Assembly (NCBI GenBank): GCA_958296135.2
Contig: CATQHZ020000001.1
Coordinates: forward strand, 4,096,001-4,160,000
DNA length: 64,000 nt
Reading direction: 5' to 3'
From: an uncultured Poribacteria bacterium
Lineage (GTDB): Bacteria; Poribacteria; WGA-4E; WGA-3G
The notes under the pieces are model-generated. The model worked only from the letters and a program-made list of their open reading frames with translations. It was not told where the DNA came from and made no database searches. Made by a program: the position numbers and the translations under genes. Shown in pieces: positions 1 to 10,438 of this stretch (its first letter is position 1; each line of letters opens with the position of its first letter).

Positions 1-727
1 GTGCCGAACGCGTCTGATAGTAGTTGATTAAAAAGGCCGTCGCGAACACATCGCCGGCACCCGTCGGATCCACCTCGGTAATCGGATATGCAGGCGAATT
101 GAGGACGCTCCCGTTTCGGAAAAGTTTCGCGTCCCGCGAACCGCGCGTCAACACGACAATAGGTACCAATTCAATATACTTCTCCAATGCATCGGGGTAA
201 GTCCCCAAATCCTCGTCGCTGAGGATGAGAATGTCGGTGTACGGCAAAATCTCGTGTGCATTCTCCCACTGCTGCGGAAACACACGCCCGCTGTCATCCC
301 ACTGCCGCATCCAGCCTTGCGGCGTTATGCCGATTAAGGGCTCATCGCCAAAACTGTGAACGAGCGCCGCCTCCACCTCGCCCGCGATAGGACAGAGATA
401 GACAATATCGGGGCTCCGCCACTCAGCAGGAACATGGCGTGAGCCCAAGCTCTGGGCTACAGCCGAGAGAAACTGCTGCCGGTTGCCGTGCGCGTCATAG
501 CGGTTATCAAAAATCGTCGTCTCCGGCGATTCGTGATACGCCGTCTCAATACCAGCCAACAGCGGATTCCCCCGGTCGAAATTTGCGCCGACTGCCGTGA
601 CTGCACGGACAGGACAGCCGAGGCCACGCGCTGTCAATGCGGCATACGCGGCGGAACCGCCGAGGATATACCCATCAGGTGCCACATCATAGCAAAAATG
701 TCCCACAGAGAGAAACGTTGGCGGCAT
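1..727 (-). CDS. PfkB-family carbohydrate kinase (3' end runs off window)
   Basis: Not in the ORF track; read by hand: MPPTFLSVGHFCYDVAPDGYILGGSAAYAA ... VDPTGAGDVFATAF (PfkB signature). Confidence 0.85.
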   Translation of the reverse strand, partial: MPPTFLSVGHFCYDVAPDGYILGGSAAYAALTARGLGCPVRAVTAVGANFDRGNPLLAGIETAYHESPETTIFDNRYDAHGNRQQFLSAVAQSLGSRHVPAEWRSPDIVYLCPIAGEVEAALVHSFGDEPLIGITPQGWMRQWDDSGRVFPQQWENAHEILPYTDILILSDEDLGTYPDALEKYIELVPIVVLTRGSRDAKLFRNGSVLNSPAYPITEVDPTGAGDVFATAFLINYYQTRSA

Positions 728-737
728 TGCGTTATCC

Positions 738-1070
738 TTAGAGTTCAAAGACAGGCTCCATGCGGGCCCACCATTCGCCCGGCTGCGCCGCCGCGACCGG
801 CTCTTGGAAGGCGCGCATTAATGCATCCCACTCCCGGCACCGCGGGTGCTGTTCAAGGTAGCGCGGAAAGTCACGTTCAATATCAAACGCATCCACAGTC
901 TCCATCGCCATGAAGAGCTGGCGGCCCAGAAGATAGATATCCATCCGGGTGATGCCAACCGCTTTCAACGCGGCGACGACTTCGGGCCATGCATCGCGGT
1001 GATAGGCTTTATATGCCTCAATAAGGCCCGGGGCGTTTTTCAGGTTCAATGTTAAACCGAAGTGTTTCAT
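738..1070 (-). CDS. L-rhamnose mutarotase family protein
   Basis: YKAYHRDAWPEV ... WWARMEPVF pattern of the RhaM/DUF718 family. Confidence 0.8.
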   Translation of the reverse strand: MKHFGLTLNLKNAPGLIEAYKAYHRDAWPEVVAALKAVGITRMDIYLLGRQLFMAMETVDAFDIERDFPRYLEQHPRCREWDALMRAFQEPVAAAQPGEWWARMEPVFEL

Positions 1071-1254
1071 ATAAAAGTTTTACTCAAACAAATTATCAAC
1101 AGCACTTACGCCCCTTCTGGTAGGCTTGGTTCAAGACCGCGCTGACGCGAAGCATTTCTGCGTAAGTTCCAACCCATTAACTGCTATCCTACTAAATTTT
1201 GACATATTTGTCAATATTTTTTTCAAAAAACATTTTGCAACGGCGAATCTGCAC

Positions 1255-1284
1255 TTGACATCACCGAACATCTTATGCTATAAT
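1255..1284 (+). promoter_or_regulatory. sigma70-type promoter
   Basis: TTGACA-18 bp-TATAAT with extended TG. Confidence 0.7.
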
Positions 1285-1380
1285 AAAAACAAAAAACAAT
1301 CTATAGACTTTAATGCGCTAACGCACGCTATCGGAATCAAGCCTTTTGCTACCTCACCACAACGCGCAGAGAAAATTGCT

Positions 1381-2451
1381 ATGAAACGCCTCCTTCGGAA
1401 AACCATTCCAAACGCCTTGATTCTGTCCATCGGGCTGCATCTCCTCTTGTTTCTGACGCTTGGGACGTTGTATCGCCAAAAATCAGTGCAACCCTTGGAG
1501 CCGTCTACGGAACTCGCGCTGGCGAAGATTCGGCCGCGAACCCCGTTGCGCCCCTTGAAACGTCCGCCGCACGTCCCGATAGAATCTACAACGGTGCTAC
1601 AGAAAATGCAACCGACGAAAGTAGTAAAAGTCCAGCCAACGTTGTTGCAACCCGCTGCGCCAGCCGTATTGCACCGGGAGACGACAATTCGTCTTCAAAC
1701 ACCCGGGCTCCCCACACCGGCAGCGGTGGGATATACTGGCGGCAGTGCCTCGCCGGTGCCAGGGTTGGACGGCAGCATAGGCAACGGAGTCGGCTCAGGC
1801 GTTCCTGTCGGCAGGAGCCGGACCGGCGGCGGGGCGAAGCGGTTTCTTCAAAGTCCAAATGAAGAAACCCTAGATGGCATCGCGGAACTGACGCTGCCAG
1901 CACTGGCACTCACCAAAATCGGCCGGCACATTGTCGCCAACCGCACCGTAGACAGGGTTGACATCGTCTTCGTGATTGACGGCAGCGGGAGCATGAAAAA
2001 CGACATTAACGCCGTGCGAGAACATCTCAGCCACATGACAGAACTGCTTGACGCAGCGGATATCGATTTCACCATCGGCATTGTCGCCTTCCGAACCGGC
2101 ACAGGGTATACCCTCCTCGGCATGGATTTTGAGGTTATCCCGCAAACGCGTTCCATTGCTCAGATTAAAAAGATATTAGGACAATTGCGATGCAGCGGCG
2201 ATGAAAAGGCACTGGACGCGCTCGTGCGTGCAGCCGATGAAGTCCGTCTCCGACGCGACACCGATGTCCATTTCATCCTCGTCACAGACGAATATGTGAG
2301 CGGCGCGTACTCTTCCATAGACGTGCTAACGAAGATGAAAATGGCGAAAATCAAAGTCGATGTTATCGGACGCGATGAACCCTCTCAAAAGTTTCTTGCG
2401 AAAAGCACCGGCGGATTGTGGCTGCCGATTTCGAGTCTCGCGGTGCATTAA
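1381..2451 (+). CDS. Membrane-anchored vWA domain protein with TonB-like Pro-rich linker
   Basis: N-terminal TM (SIGLHLLLFL), Pro/Gly-rich linker, MIDAS motif DIVFVIDGSGSM and ILVTDE; likely start ATG 1381. Confidence 0.8.
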   Translation: MKRLLRKTIPNALILSIGLHLLLFLTLGTLYRQKSVQPLEPSTELALAKIRPRTPLRPLKRPPHVPIESTTVLQKMQPTKVVKVQPTLLQPAAPAVLHRETTIRLQTPGLPTPAAVGYTGGSASPVPGLDGSIGNGVGSGVPVGRSRTGGGAKRFLQSPNEETLDGIAELTLPALALTKIGRHIVANRTVDRVDIVFVIDGSGSMKNDINAVREHLSHMTELLDAADIDFTIGIVAFRTGTGYTLLGMDFEVIPQTRSIAQIKKILGQLRCSGDEKALDALVRAADEVRLRRDTDVHFILVTDEYVSGAYSSIDVLTKMKMAKIKVDVIGRDEPSQKFLAKSTGGLWLPISSLAVH

Positions 2452-2529
2452 AAAAGTGATGCATGGGAACTGGATGACTTTTCTTCACCCTTAATACCGA
2501 GAATTTCAAAAATTTCACAGCATCGTGTG

Positions 2530-3891
2530 TCACGGGTTTATCTTCTTCTCGATGAGTGCCATGCGGGTAAACCGCGTGATAACACTTTCGGCGTTAACAG
2601 CATACCACTTTCCCTCTTCAATTGTCATGACAGCGGTGTTGCGCTCGCTAGCATCAAGGGTTTCGGAAAAGAAATCGGCCGGTAACCAGTTTTCATAGGT
2701 GACAGGTTCACCATCACTCCATTGCCATTCCGCTGCTGTGCGGCTGAACCCTATCCAATAAAAGTCGCCGCCAAAAACCGCTGATACCCACTGTTGTTCC
2801 TCTTCATCGTTAAAAGTGACAAGGTGTGCATCTTCGGCAGCGGCGAGGGCGAGTGCCTCGTCGCGCGTTTCGCAGCGGATACGTTTGTAGGCGTGCGAAT
2901 TCGCAGGATTCACTAGCCATACGTCGTTAGAACCCAACTTCGGTTGCGGTTTGGGTGCAGATGCGTCTGGCACGGCAGGTGCAGCTTTCACCTGCACTTC
3001 CGGTTCAGGAGAGAGCGGCTTGCTGTCAAACGTTAACACCAAATTGTCGTAACGTTCCCCCGGTTTGAGGAGCACCGGCTCAGCCTCGGCTTCAAGTCCC
3101 CTGTATATCGCTACCAGCGTGTAGAATGCATCGTCGTCCTTTTCTTTTAGATAGTGGACAAAGTAGCCTTCGGCATCCGTCCAGGGAGTGCTGCTCGAGC
3201 CGCCCGCGCCGCTTCCATCCGCCTGTCGGGAGCGGACGCTTATGTTAATTCGCGCGTTGGAAAGCGGTGTCCCGTCTTGAAAAAGGAGCTGTCCCCGCAT
3301 CCGCATCCGAGGTTGCACCGTGACGACAGCGTCTTCAACGTGCATCCCCGGTCTGATTCCAAATACGATTTCCTCATAATCTTCGCGAGGAGAGAAGACT
3401 ATCCCGCGTATTCGGAGGGCTCTCACTTCAACATCGGGTTCAAAATCGGCATGCTCCATCCCAAAACTGCTGGCGACGAGTGCCTCCAAACTGTGAGTCT
3501 CAAGGGCATCCATGAAGAGTGCTGTTATCCCTTCCGCGTTTATTTCCTTCAGACGGTTGGGAAGGCGTGAGTCTATATCAGGAGGCAGCGCACCGAAGTA
3601 AGCAGGACCGGACGGGATACCTGTAATGGAAAACCGTCCATCTGCATCGGTGCGTGCACGCCGCAGGCGTGGATAGTCCTCCGGGAAAAAGGCATACAAG
3701 GGCATATCCAGCGCGTCCTCCATTTCGGCAGGCCCTACAAATATTGGTAAATCGGCAATAGGATTACCTGCCACATCGACAACGCGCCCTGCAAAAGTGC
3801 CAGTCTCTGCTTGTGCGAGGCCCCCGTCTAAAGCAAGGCACAAGAAAAGCGCGAGAAATGCAAGCGTTCCAGTGAAGTTTGCGCGGTTCAT
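2530..3891 (-). CDS. Secreted carboxypeptidase-regulatory-like + C-type lectin domain protein (type A)
   Basis: Signal peptide; GRVVDVAGNP..ARTDADGRF; C-terminal HLVTFNDEEEQ..YWIG..WQWSDGEPVTYENW. Confidence 0.8.
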   Translation of the reverse strand: MNRANFTGTLAFLALFLCLALDGGLAQAETGTFAGRVVDVAGNPIADLPIFVGPAEMEDALDMPLYAFFPEDYPRLRRARTDADGRFSITGIPSGPAYFGALPPDIDSRLPNRLKEINAEGITALFMDALETHSLEALVASSFGMEHADFEPDVEVRALRIRGIVFSPREDYEEIVFGIRPGMHVEDAVVTVQPRMRMRGQLLFQDGTPLSNARINISVRSRQADGSGAGGSSSTPWTDAEGYFVHYLKEKDDDAFYTLVAIYRGLEAEAEPVLLKPGERYDNLVLTFDSKPLSPEPEVQVKAAPAVPDASAPKPQPKLGSNDVWLVNPANSHAYKRIRCETRDEALALAAAEDAHLVTFNDEEEQQWVSAVFGGDFYWIGFSRTAAEWQWSDGEPVTYENWLPADFFSETLDASERNTAVMTIEEGKWYAVNAESVITRFTRMALIEKKINP

Positions 3892-5114
3892 CAGTCTCCC
3901 TCCTTCTCAATGAGCGCGGTTCGTAGGATTTGCCAAGGTACCTGTTCAGGGCCGATGTCCTCCCACTTGTGGCGCCAGATGACGTAATCCTCATCCCCTC
4001 TGTCGGTGTCGTGCGGCTCATGCCGTGCCCAGTTGGTGTAGGTAACAGGTTCGCCACTGTGCCATCGCCACTCTCCCTCCTTTGCGACATCGTTGAGCCC
4101 AATGAGCATTTGATACGGGGGGAAAACGCGTTCCAGCCACTTTTGCTCAGCCTCGTCGTTAATGGAGACAAGATAGGCTCCCTCTCCGCTGGCCTGGAAG
4201 ATGGCATCCTCCGGGCCGCTACACTGGATTTTTTTATAGGCGTGTCCATTGCCCGGGTTGATAATCCACACGCCGTGCGGGTCCAGCCCAGGAGAGACAG
4301 ACGCGCTCGCACGGTGCCGACGGGAAGCATTGCCAGACAGCGGTGGCATCAACGGCATCGTGAACTTCAAAACCGGGGAGAACGATAATGCATCAGGTTT
4401 CAGCAAAATCGGCTTCGCCTTGGCACGCTGGCCCTGATATGTCGCCGACACCGTGTAATAAGCAGGCGCATGCGTTGTCCATCGAGACACCAGCTGCACA
4501 AATTCTCCCTTGACATCCGTCTGTATTGTCCAGCTCCTGTTACTTTTGCTTCCATCGTCTAAACTCAGGAGTTGTAAACGGAGTTTGATGTCAGCACTGA
4601 CAAGCGGTTTCCCATCCACGCGGCGCACTTTCCCTTGTATCCGTAGCATTTGCCGCACCGTAATTTCAACGTTTTCGATACGTTCGCCCGGCTCCGGGAC
4701 AAAGACGATGCCGCGGTCTCCCGGAAGTCCGCTCGCATAGAGGATGAAGCCGCGTATGTCAACGTGCAAAACATCGGCCGGCGGTTCATAAAGCGGGAGG
4801 AGCCCTAATAGGACGGGCCCCGGTTCAAAGTCGGTGATGGAGAAATTCCCATCGGCATCGGTAACCGCAGCGAACGCCCTCGGGTCATCGGCCCAGTGGC
4901 TATTTTCATGGACTGGCGCAGTGAACCACGCCCCATCGCCATCTTCCACCGGCATCAGTGCTATCCTGATGCCGGTAAGCGGTTTTCCCTCTTCATCAAC
5001 GACGCGGCCAGAAAACAGCGAGCGTTCCTGTGTCCTGCTGTCTGAACATATTGCGAGAAGCAGTCCTACAATGCCGATGAGAACTGCCAAAGTTCTGGGA
5101 TGTTGACGAATCAT
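3891..5114 (-). CDS. Secreted carboxypeptidase-regulatory-like + C-type lectin domain protein (type B)
   Basis: Signal peptide; GRVVDEEGKP; lectin IGLNDVAKEGEWRWHSGEPVTYTNWARHEPHD..EDYV..WED. Confidence 0.8.
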   Translation of the reverse strand: MIRQHPRTLAVLIGIVGLLLAICSDSRTQERSLFSGRVVDEEGKPLTGIRIALMPVEDGDGAWFTAPVHENSHWADDPRAFAAVTDADGNFSITDFEPGPVLLGLLPLYEPPADVLHVDIRGFILYASGLPGDRGIVFVPEPGERIENVEITVRQMLRIQGKVRRVDGKPLVSADIKLRLQLLSLDDGSKSNRSWTIQTDVKGEFVQLVSRWTTHAPAYYTVSATYQGQRAKAKPILLKPDALSFSPVLKFTMPLMPPLSGNASRRHRASASVSPGLDPHGVWIINPGNGHAYKKIQCSGPEDAIFQASGEGAYLVSINDEAEQKWLERVFPPYQMLIGLNDVAKEGEWRWHSGEPVTYTNWARHEPHDTDRGDEDYVIWRHKWEDIGPEQVPWQILRTALIEKEGD

Positions 5115-6556
5115 GGGTTTATCTCCTTCTCGATGAGTGCCATCCGCGTGAGGCGCAAGACAATACTGTCAGTACCAACAGCATACCATTTTCCATCAGA
5201 AAACGTCATGATAGCGGCAAGCCTTTCGCTGGCATCCACGGATTCATCAAAGAAATCGTCCGGGAGCCAATTTTCATAGGTGAGCGGTTCACCGCTGTCC
5301 CACTGCCATTCGGTAGAGTTTTGCGCGCGGCGGAGGCCAATCCAATAGCATTCGCTGCCAAACACCGCCGCTATCCACTGCTGCTCCGCCTCGTCGTTAA
5401 GGGTGAGGAGGTATGCGTTTTCCGCGGTGGCTTGGGCAAGTGCCTCATCGCGCGTTTCGCAATAAATTTTTTTGTAGGCGTGCCCGTTTGCCGGGTTGCC
5501 TATCCAGACTTCTCTTGATTCATGTGTCGATGGGGGCGGAGGCGTGGAAGAAGCATCGCTGCTTTCGCCTGCATCCGATGCATCCGTAAGCGGAGTTTGT
5601 GATTCTATTGGCATGTCAAAAATTTCCGCCCACCTTTGACTCGGCGACGGTTCGGGAGCAGTCGGTTCGCTGTCAAACCTCAACACGAGTCCATCATAGC
5701 GTCCGCCCGGTTCAAGTAGCACCGGTTCACCTACCGCTTCAAGCCCCTGGTATGCTACCGATAGTGTGTAGAAGGCGGCATCATCTCTCTCGTCCAGATA
5801 GTAGACAAAGTGGCCATCGCTGTCTGTCAAAGGTTCTCTGCCTGAACTGCCGCTGCCCTTGCCACTTGCAAGGGTGTACCGGAGCGGCAGCGAAACCCGC
5901 GCGTTGACAAGCGGCGTGCCATCCTTGAATACAATTCTTCCCCGAATGCGCATCCGGGGCTGCACCGTGACGATGACGTTTTCGACGTGGCCCCCCGGTT
6001 GGAGCCCAAACGCAATTGTCAGCCTATCTTTATCAAAATCGTCACGCGGATAGAAGGTGAACCCGTGCATCTGAATCGAGACGACTTCAACATCGGGCTC
6101 AAAATCATCTGGCTGCATCCGCGGAAGACGCTCCATGACTTCCCCTATAGTCCCTCGTTCTTGTTCCGATGTTGTAATTGCCGCCATCATCAAGGACATG
6201 AGTCTCTCTACAGCATCACTGGGGAAGCGTGCCTCTATATTGCCCGGAAGTGCCCTGAAATATGCAGGTTCAGGGGGGATGCCGGTGATGGAAAACCGCC
6301 CCGCTGCATCCGTTCGCGCGCGACGCAAAAGCAGGTAGTCCGTCGCACCCCACAGCCCGTTAGGGCCCAGCATTGAACGCATTTCAACAGGCCCTATGCA
6401 TACCGGCAAATCGGGAACGGGATTCCCCGCCACATCCACAACGCGCCCAGTGAAAGTAGCAGGTGTCTCCTGCGCCAGGCTGTCTGAAGCAAAGCAGAAG
6501 AGAAATACCACAATTGCCGTTAGAAATGCAGCTGCCGTAACGTCTAAGCGTTTCAT
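5111..6556 (-). CDS. Secreted carboxypeptidase-regulatory-like + C-type lectin domain protein (type A)
   Basis: Paralog of 2530..3891 along its length. Confidence 0.8.
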   Translation of the reverse strand: MKRLDVTAAAFLTAIVVFLFCFASDSLAQETPATFTGRVVDVAGNPVPDLPVCIGPVEMRSMLGPNGLWGATDYLLLRRARTDAAGRFSITGIPPEPAYFRALPGNIEARFPSDAVERLMSLMMAAITTSEQERGTIGEVMERLPRMQPDDFEPDVEVVSIQMHGFTFYPRDDFDKDRLTIAFGLQPGGHVENVIVTVQPRMRIRGRIVFKDGTPLVNARVSLPLRYTLASGKGSGSSGREPLTDSDGHFVYYLDERDDAAFYTLSVAYQGLEAVGEPVLLEPGGRYDGLVLRFDSEPTAPEPSPSQRWAEIFDMPIESQTPLTDASDAGESSDASSTPPPPSTHESREVWIGNPANGHAYKKIYCETRDEALAQATAENAYLLTLNDEAEQQWIAAVFGSECYWIGLRRAQNSTEWQWDSGEPLTYENWLPDDFFDESVDASERLAAIMTFSDGKWYAVGTDSIVLRLTRMALIEKEINP

Positions 6557-6559
6557 CGT

Positions 6560-7870
6560 TTAATCCTCCACGGAACGCACTTCCCTTTCAAGGAGTGCTG
6601 TCCGTAACAATCGCCAGGGTACCTGCTCAGGCCCAATATCCTCCCACTTCCCATTCTGCCAGATGACGTAATCCTCATCCCCTCTGTCGGTATCGTGCGG
6701 CTCATGCCGAGCCCAGTTAGTATAGGTGACAGGTTCGCCACTGTGCCATCGCCATTCGCCTTCTTTCGCGACATCGTTGAGCCCAATGAGCATGGAGTGC
6801 GGTGGGAAAACACGTTCTAGCCACCACTGCTCAGCCGCATCATTAATGGAGACAAGATAGGCACCTTCCGAACTAGCCTGGAAGATGGCATCCTCTGGGC
6901 TACTACACCGAATTTTGATGTAGGCGTGTCCATTTGCCGGGTTGACAACCCACACGCCTTCCGCTTTGAGCCCCGAAGATGTTGAAGCACTCGCACTCGC
7001 TTCCTGCCGACGCGCGCCGGTGACAGGGGGACGCGGCGGCAGCGAGACGGTGTAGGCAAACGTCAACTCAGGCATGCGTTCACCCGGTTCAAGGATAAAC
7101 GGCTTCGCTTGGGCGCGCTGCCCCTGATACTTAACAGCCACAATGTAGTTCATTGACGGCTCTTGAACCTCACGCGCAGGCATTGGAACGGGAAATTGCG
7201 GGAACCACGCGGGCCATATCTCCGCAGGTTCCCCCGCATCGTCCGCTAGGTATTTGACAAAGACTCCCGCCGCATCCGTCTTTAAACCACCATAAGAGCC
7301 GCTGCTGCTTGCCGAGCCATTTAGAGCCTCTGTCCGGATTTCAAGTCTGATGTCAGCCTCAGCGAGAGGCGTTCCATCCATCTGCAGCACTTTGCCTCGG
7401 ATTGCCGGCAAACGCCGCACCGTCACCTCTACGTTATTGATGCGAGTCCCTTTCTCAGCAGCAAATACGATGCCGCGGGTTTCATCTTGTTTGGTTGGAT
7501 AGAGGCTCACACCGCCGAGGTCCACTTTGAATAAACCCTGTCCCTTCGGTTCATGATAAGGAAGTAGCCCGAATAACAGCGGACCGGGGATAAAGTCGGT
7601 GATGGCGAACTGCCCTTGGGCATCAGTTTCGGCGGAGAACGCCCACGGGTCTTCCGGCCAGCCACCTATTGGAAACCACGCCCCATCGCCATCTTCCACC
7701 GGCATGAGGGCAACGGTAACGCCAACAACCGGCGCGCCTGTCTTATCAACAACGCGACCGGCGAAAGTAGAGGGAGCGTCCTGCGCGATACCGTAGTGCG
7801 ATGCGATGAGGCAACATACCAAAATGCTAGTGAGAAAGGTGGGAAGGTTTCCGAGGTATAAGCGGTTCAT
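6560..7870 (-). CDS. Secreted carboxypeptidase-regulatory-like + C-type lectin domain protein (type B)
   Basis: Paralog of 3891..5114 with a near-identical lectin domain; GAGGAG RBS before ATG 7870. Confidence 0.8.
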   Translation of the reverse strand: MNRLYLGNLPTFLTSILVCCLIASHYGIAQDAPSTFAGRVVDKTGAPVVGVTVALMPVEDGDGAWFPIGGWPEDPWAFSAETDAQGQFAITDFIPGPLLFGLLPYHEPKGQGLFKVDLGGVSLYPTKQDETRGIVFAAEKGTRINNVEVTVRRLPAIRGKVLQMDGTPLAEADIRLEIRTEALNGSASSSGSYGGLKTDAAGVFVKYLADDAGEPAEIWPAWFPQFPVPMPAREVQEPSMNYIVAVKYQGQRAQAKPFILEPGERMPELTFAYTVSLPPRPPVTGARRQEASASASTSSGLKAEGVWVVNPANGHAYIKIRCSSPEDAIFQASSEGAYLVSINDAAEQWWLERVFPPHSMLIGLNDVAKEGEWRWHSGEPVTYTNWARHEPHDTDRGDEDYVIWQNGKWEDIGPEQVPWRLLRTALLEREVRSVED

Positions 7871-7927
7871 AATCAAATTCTCCTCTAAAATCGGATAAAA
7901 AGTTAGAGAACCGAACGCATTGAGAAC

Positions 7928-7956
7928 ATTTTAACATCTCTTTATGGCATTGTCAA
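7928..7956 (-). promoter_or_regulatory. sigma70-type promoter of the lectin operon
   Basis: Minus strand TTGACA-17 bp-TAAAAT with extended TG. Confidence 0.65.
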
Positions 7957-7986
7957 GCAAAACGAATTTAATTTTCGGAGAAGAAA

Positions 7987-9006
7987 CTATCGCTCTCCTA
8001 CCTCCGTCCGATAGTGAATCGTCAGCAACGGACGCAGCAGTTCATCGGGATGCTCTTTGGAAGCAAACACAACCTCACCCTCGCCATCCTGCAGGGCGAA
8101 AAGGTAACCGTAGTTGTAATCCGGGTTCGCCACCCAAAACCGCACTGCCTCGGTGATATGTTCACCTGTCCAAGTGTATCGTTTGCCGCCCTCCGTAATC
8201 TCAGCCGTGCTATCCACGCGATGCGCCACATCTTCGGAACCGTTGTAATCACTCTCCTTGTCCCCGTTTATCCCCGCCAGCATCGCTTGCGCGGGCGGTT
8301 TATTCCACGGCAGGTTGCGGTGCAGCGCGCTGTTGTAGGTGAGTTCGTTTTCCGCTGCCGGCGACGAAGTGCCTCTTCCTTCGCGCCACGGCAGCAGCAC
8401 GCGTCGGAGCACCACGGTCGCCGCGTCTTCACACCGCTGTGCATGGAGACTTAACGTCGCTCCCAAAACTTGCGCCGGCCGTTCAATGCCCATATCCGCG
8501 AACGCCTCAAACAACTCAAAGGCGACGAAGAAGACACCGCCTGTTGCGGTGCAGCGCAAATTCAGTTCCGCACCTGAATTATAGTTGCGCGTCTCTCTGT
8601 CTTTCGTCACGATGAGGCTGGTATCCTGCAGCGTCGAAAATGTGACAGCTTCGCCTGCGCCGAAAGTTATCTCGTTCTCCACCGGAAGTGTGACAACTAT
8701 TCCTGCTAACCCCGCCCCTTTTTGCAAAAGGGTATACGCTTTTCCCACTTCCAACGGCGTGGTGAACAGCATCACGCGAGTCCCGCGTGTATCTAGCAGG
8801 GCACTTTCTACCTGGATACCCGGCGCAATCTGATAATTAGCAACGTTTTCCGCGGTTTCTGCTTCAAGTTGGCCATCAAATTGTAACTGAATTGCGGTTC
8901 GAGAGAGCGGTGCCGCCTTCAAGAATTTTGGTATTTCTGCCCAATTGTCTGCCAAGAAAAGCAGGAAGCATAGAACGGCCGCGCCCACACCTTTAAAAAC
9001 CTTCAA
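7987..9006 (-). CDS. Secreted Ig-like + DNRLRE/CBM96-like domain protein
   Basis: Signal peptide; DTSL..NYNSG..L; NYGYLF..FASKEHP..RPLLTIHY C-terminal pattern. Confidence 0.6.
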   Translation of the reverse strand: MKVFKGVGAAVLCFLLFLADNWAEIPKFLKAAPLSRTAIQLQFDGQLEAETAENVANYQIAPGIQVESALLDTRGTRVMLFTTPLEVGKAYTLLQKGAGLAGIVVTLPVENEITFGAGEAVTFSTLQDTSLIVTKDRETRNYNSGAELNLRCTATGGVFFVAFELFEAFADMGIERPAQVLGATLSLHAQRCEDAATVVLRRVLLPWREGRGTSSPAAENELTYNSALHRNLPWNKPPAQAMLAGINGDKESDYNGSEDVAHRVDSTAEITEGGKRYTWTGEHITEAVRFWVANPDYNYGYLFALQDGEGEVVFASKEHPDELLRPLLTIHYRTEVGER

Positions 9007-9077
9007 AATACGCCTCCAAAACGGGCAGATATAGCCATCCGCCCTTACCTGACGAAATGCACGCTAGCAAAGCATGC

Positions 9078-10403
9078 CTACCGGTGTTCTACATCCATCG
9101 TGATAAAAACGGCATTCAACACCTCCCGCTCACGCCGGCCAGAAGGTTTGTTGACAACGTCATCGTTAACGAAAAAGGTGCTAGACGAACCGCCATCAAG
9201 ATTAATCGCCTCGGTCGCGCCGAGTTCCAGCAAGATGCCGGCCAGCTCGTGGAGCGTCAATCCAGTACTATACCGCGGCTGCCGCCCATCGGCGACGACT
9301 AAAAACAGCGTATCCGCGTTGTAACCGAGGGCGGTGCGCGGCTCATGACTCAGATTGAGCACCGATGTCCGCCTACCGGGACGATGCTCCTTTTCGGCCC
9401 GGTGCATCTCCACAAGCGTCGGATGTATCTGGCCGCTCTTGAGGAGTCGGAGCCGGCCGCCAATCGCATGGCGCGCTTGATGCCACACCGGCGGCGAGAG
9501 CGTGAACGTCATCGTGCATGCCACACCCGCCCCGAATTCGGAGACAGGCGGTGTCTGCACACGTGAACTTACCCAGAGAACCGCTCCATCTCGCGGAATC
9601 GCGCTGTCCCCATCTCTCGTCACGCCGCTCACACGATAAGGATAAGGCTCGCGCGGCACAGGCCCTCGCGCGACATGCCATGGGCCGGTTAAAGATTGAG
9701 CAGCACCGGTAAGAATCACCTCTTGCCCACGGCGACGGTTGGTGCGCGTCGATGCTCCCATCCGCGGCGTGTAAAGCGTCACCTCGCACCCATCTAGTCG
9801 CCGCTGGTTGATGCATCCGAGCGGCAATGTGTGCGTGCCTATCATCACACTAGCTCGCATCTCAACGGGGCCACTGAGAAATTCGCCGGAGTCGGTTACA
9901 CCAAAACAGGCATCGGCATCCGTCGGCTGCGTCATGAGCTCGCCATCTTGGATGTGTAAATTCTCTAATACGCCGCCGTACCCGCGCATGTCGCCGAGCA
10001 CGCCGAAGCCACCGTTAACCGCAACAAGGACACGCCTATCCCCGCGTCGCATGCGACGCTTTGCCATTGCGCGAACCGTCTCTTTCCCCAAAATCTGTGA
10101 ATTTGCAAGAGATACCTCAAAATGCAACAGCGGTTGATGCCGAGACATCTCCGCCACGTATAGCACGCACGTCTCAGCATCCCAGTCATAACGATAGAGC
10201 CGGAGCCCAGGCGACAATTCGGCCGGAAATAACGCCGTTTTCTTCCCACCGGCTTGCACGAAGACCGCGGGCAAGAGTAGGAAGCAAAGGAGGCACCCTA
10301 TCAAGTTTTTTGTATGCCGCAATGCATTCGGATAGGCATTCGGATAGGCATTCTGTGATGAGAACACGGCTTTACGTCCTCCATCATTACTCTGACAAAG
10401 CAT
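9078..10403 (-). CDS. Phosphodiester glycosidase (NAGPA/DUF2233) family protein
   Basis: AVNGGF, EPRTALG, VADGRQ and AINLDGGSSS motifs. Confidence 0.85.
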   Translation of the reverse strand: MLCQSNDGGRKAVFSSQNAYPNAYPNALRHTKNLIGCLLCFLLLPAVFVQAGGKKTALFPAELSPGLRLYRYDWDAETCVLYVAEMSRHQPLLHFEVSLANSQILGKETVRAMAKRRMRRGDRRVLVAVNGGFGVLGDMRGYGGVLENLHIQDGELMTQPTDADACFGVTDSGEFLSGPVEMRASVMIGTHTLPLGCINQRRLDGCEVTLYTPRMGASTRTNRRRGQEVILTGAAQSLTGPWHVARGPVPREPYPYRVSGVTRDGDSAIPRDGAVLWVSSRVQTPPVSEFGAGVACTMTFTLSPPVWHQARHAIGGRLRLLKSGQIHPTLVEMHRAEKEHRPGRRTSVLNLSHEPRTALGYNADTLFLVVADGRQPRYSTGLTLHELAGILLELGATEAINLDGGSSSTFFVNDDVVNKPSGRREREVLNAVFITMDVEHR

Positions 10404-10438
10404 CTCGCCTGTCTTGATAGGCGTGCCCTTGACGATGA

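Noticed and set aside
2530-7870. Diversity-generating retroelement targeting the lectin domains
   Set aside because: No reverse transcriptase in the window; paralog differences are mostly third-position changes of all base types, not adenine-specific TR/VR mismatches.
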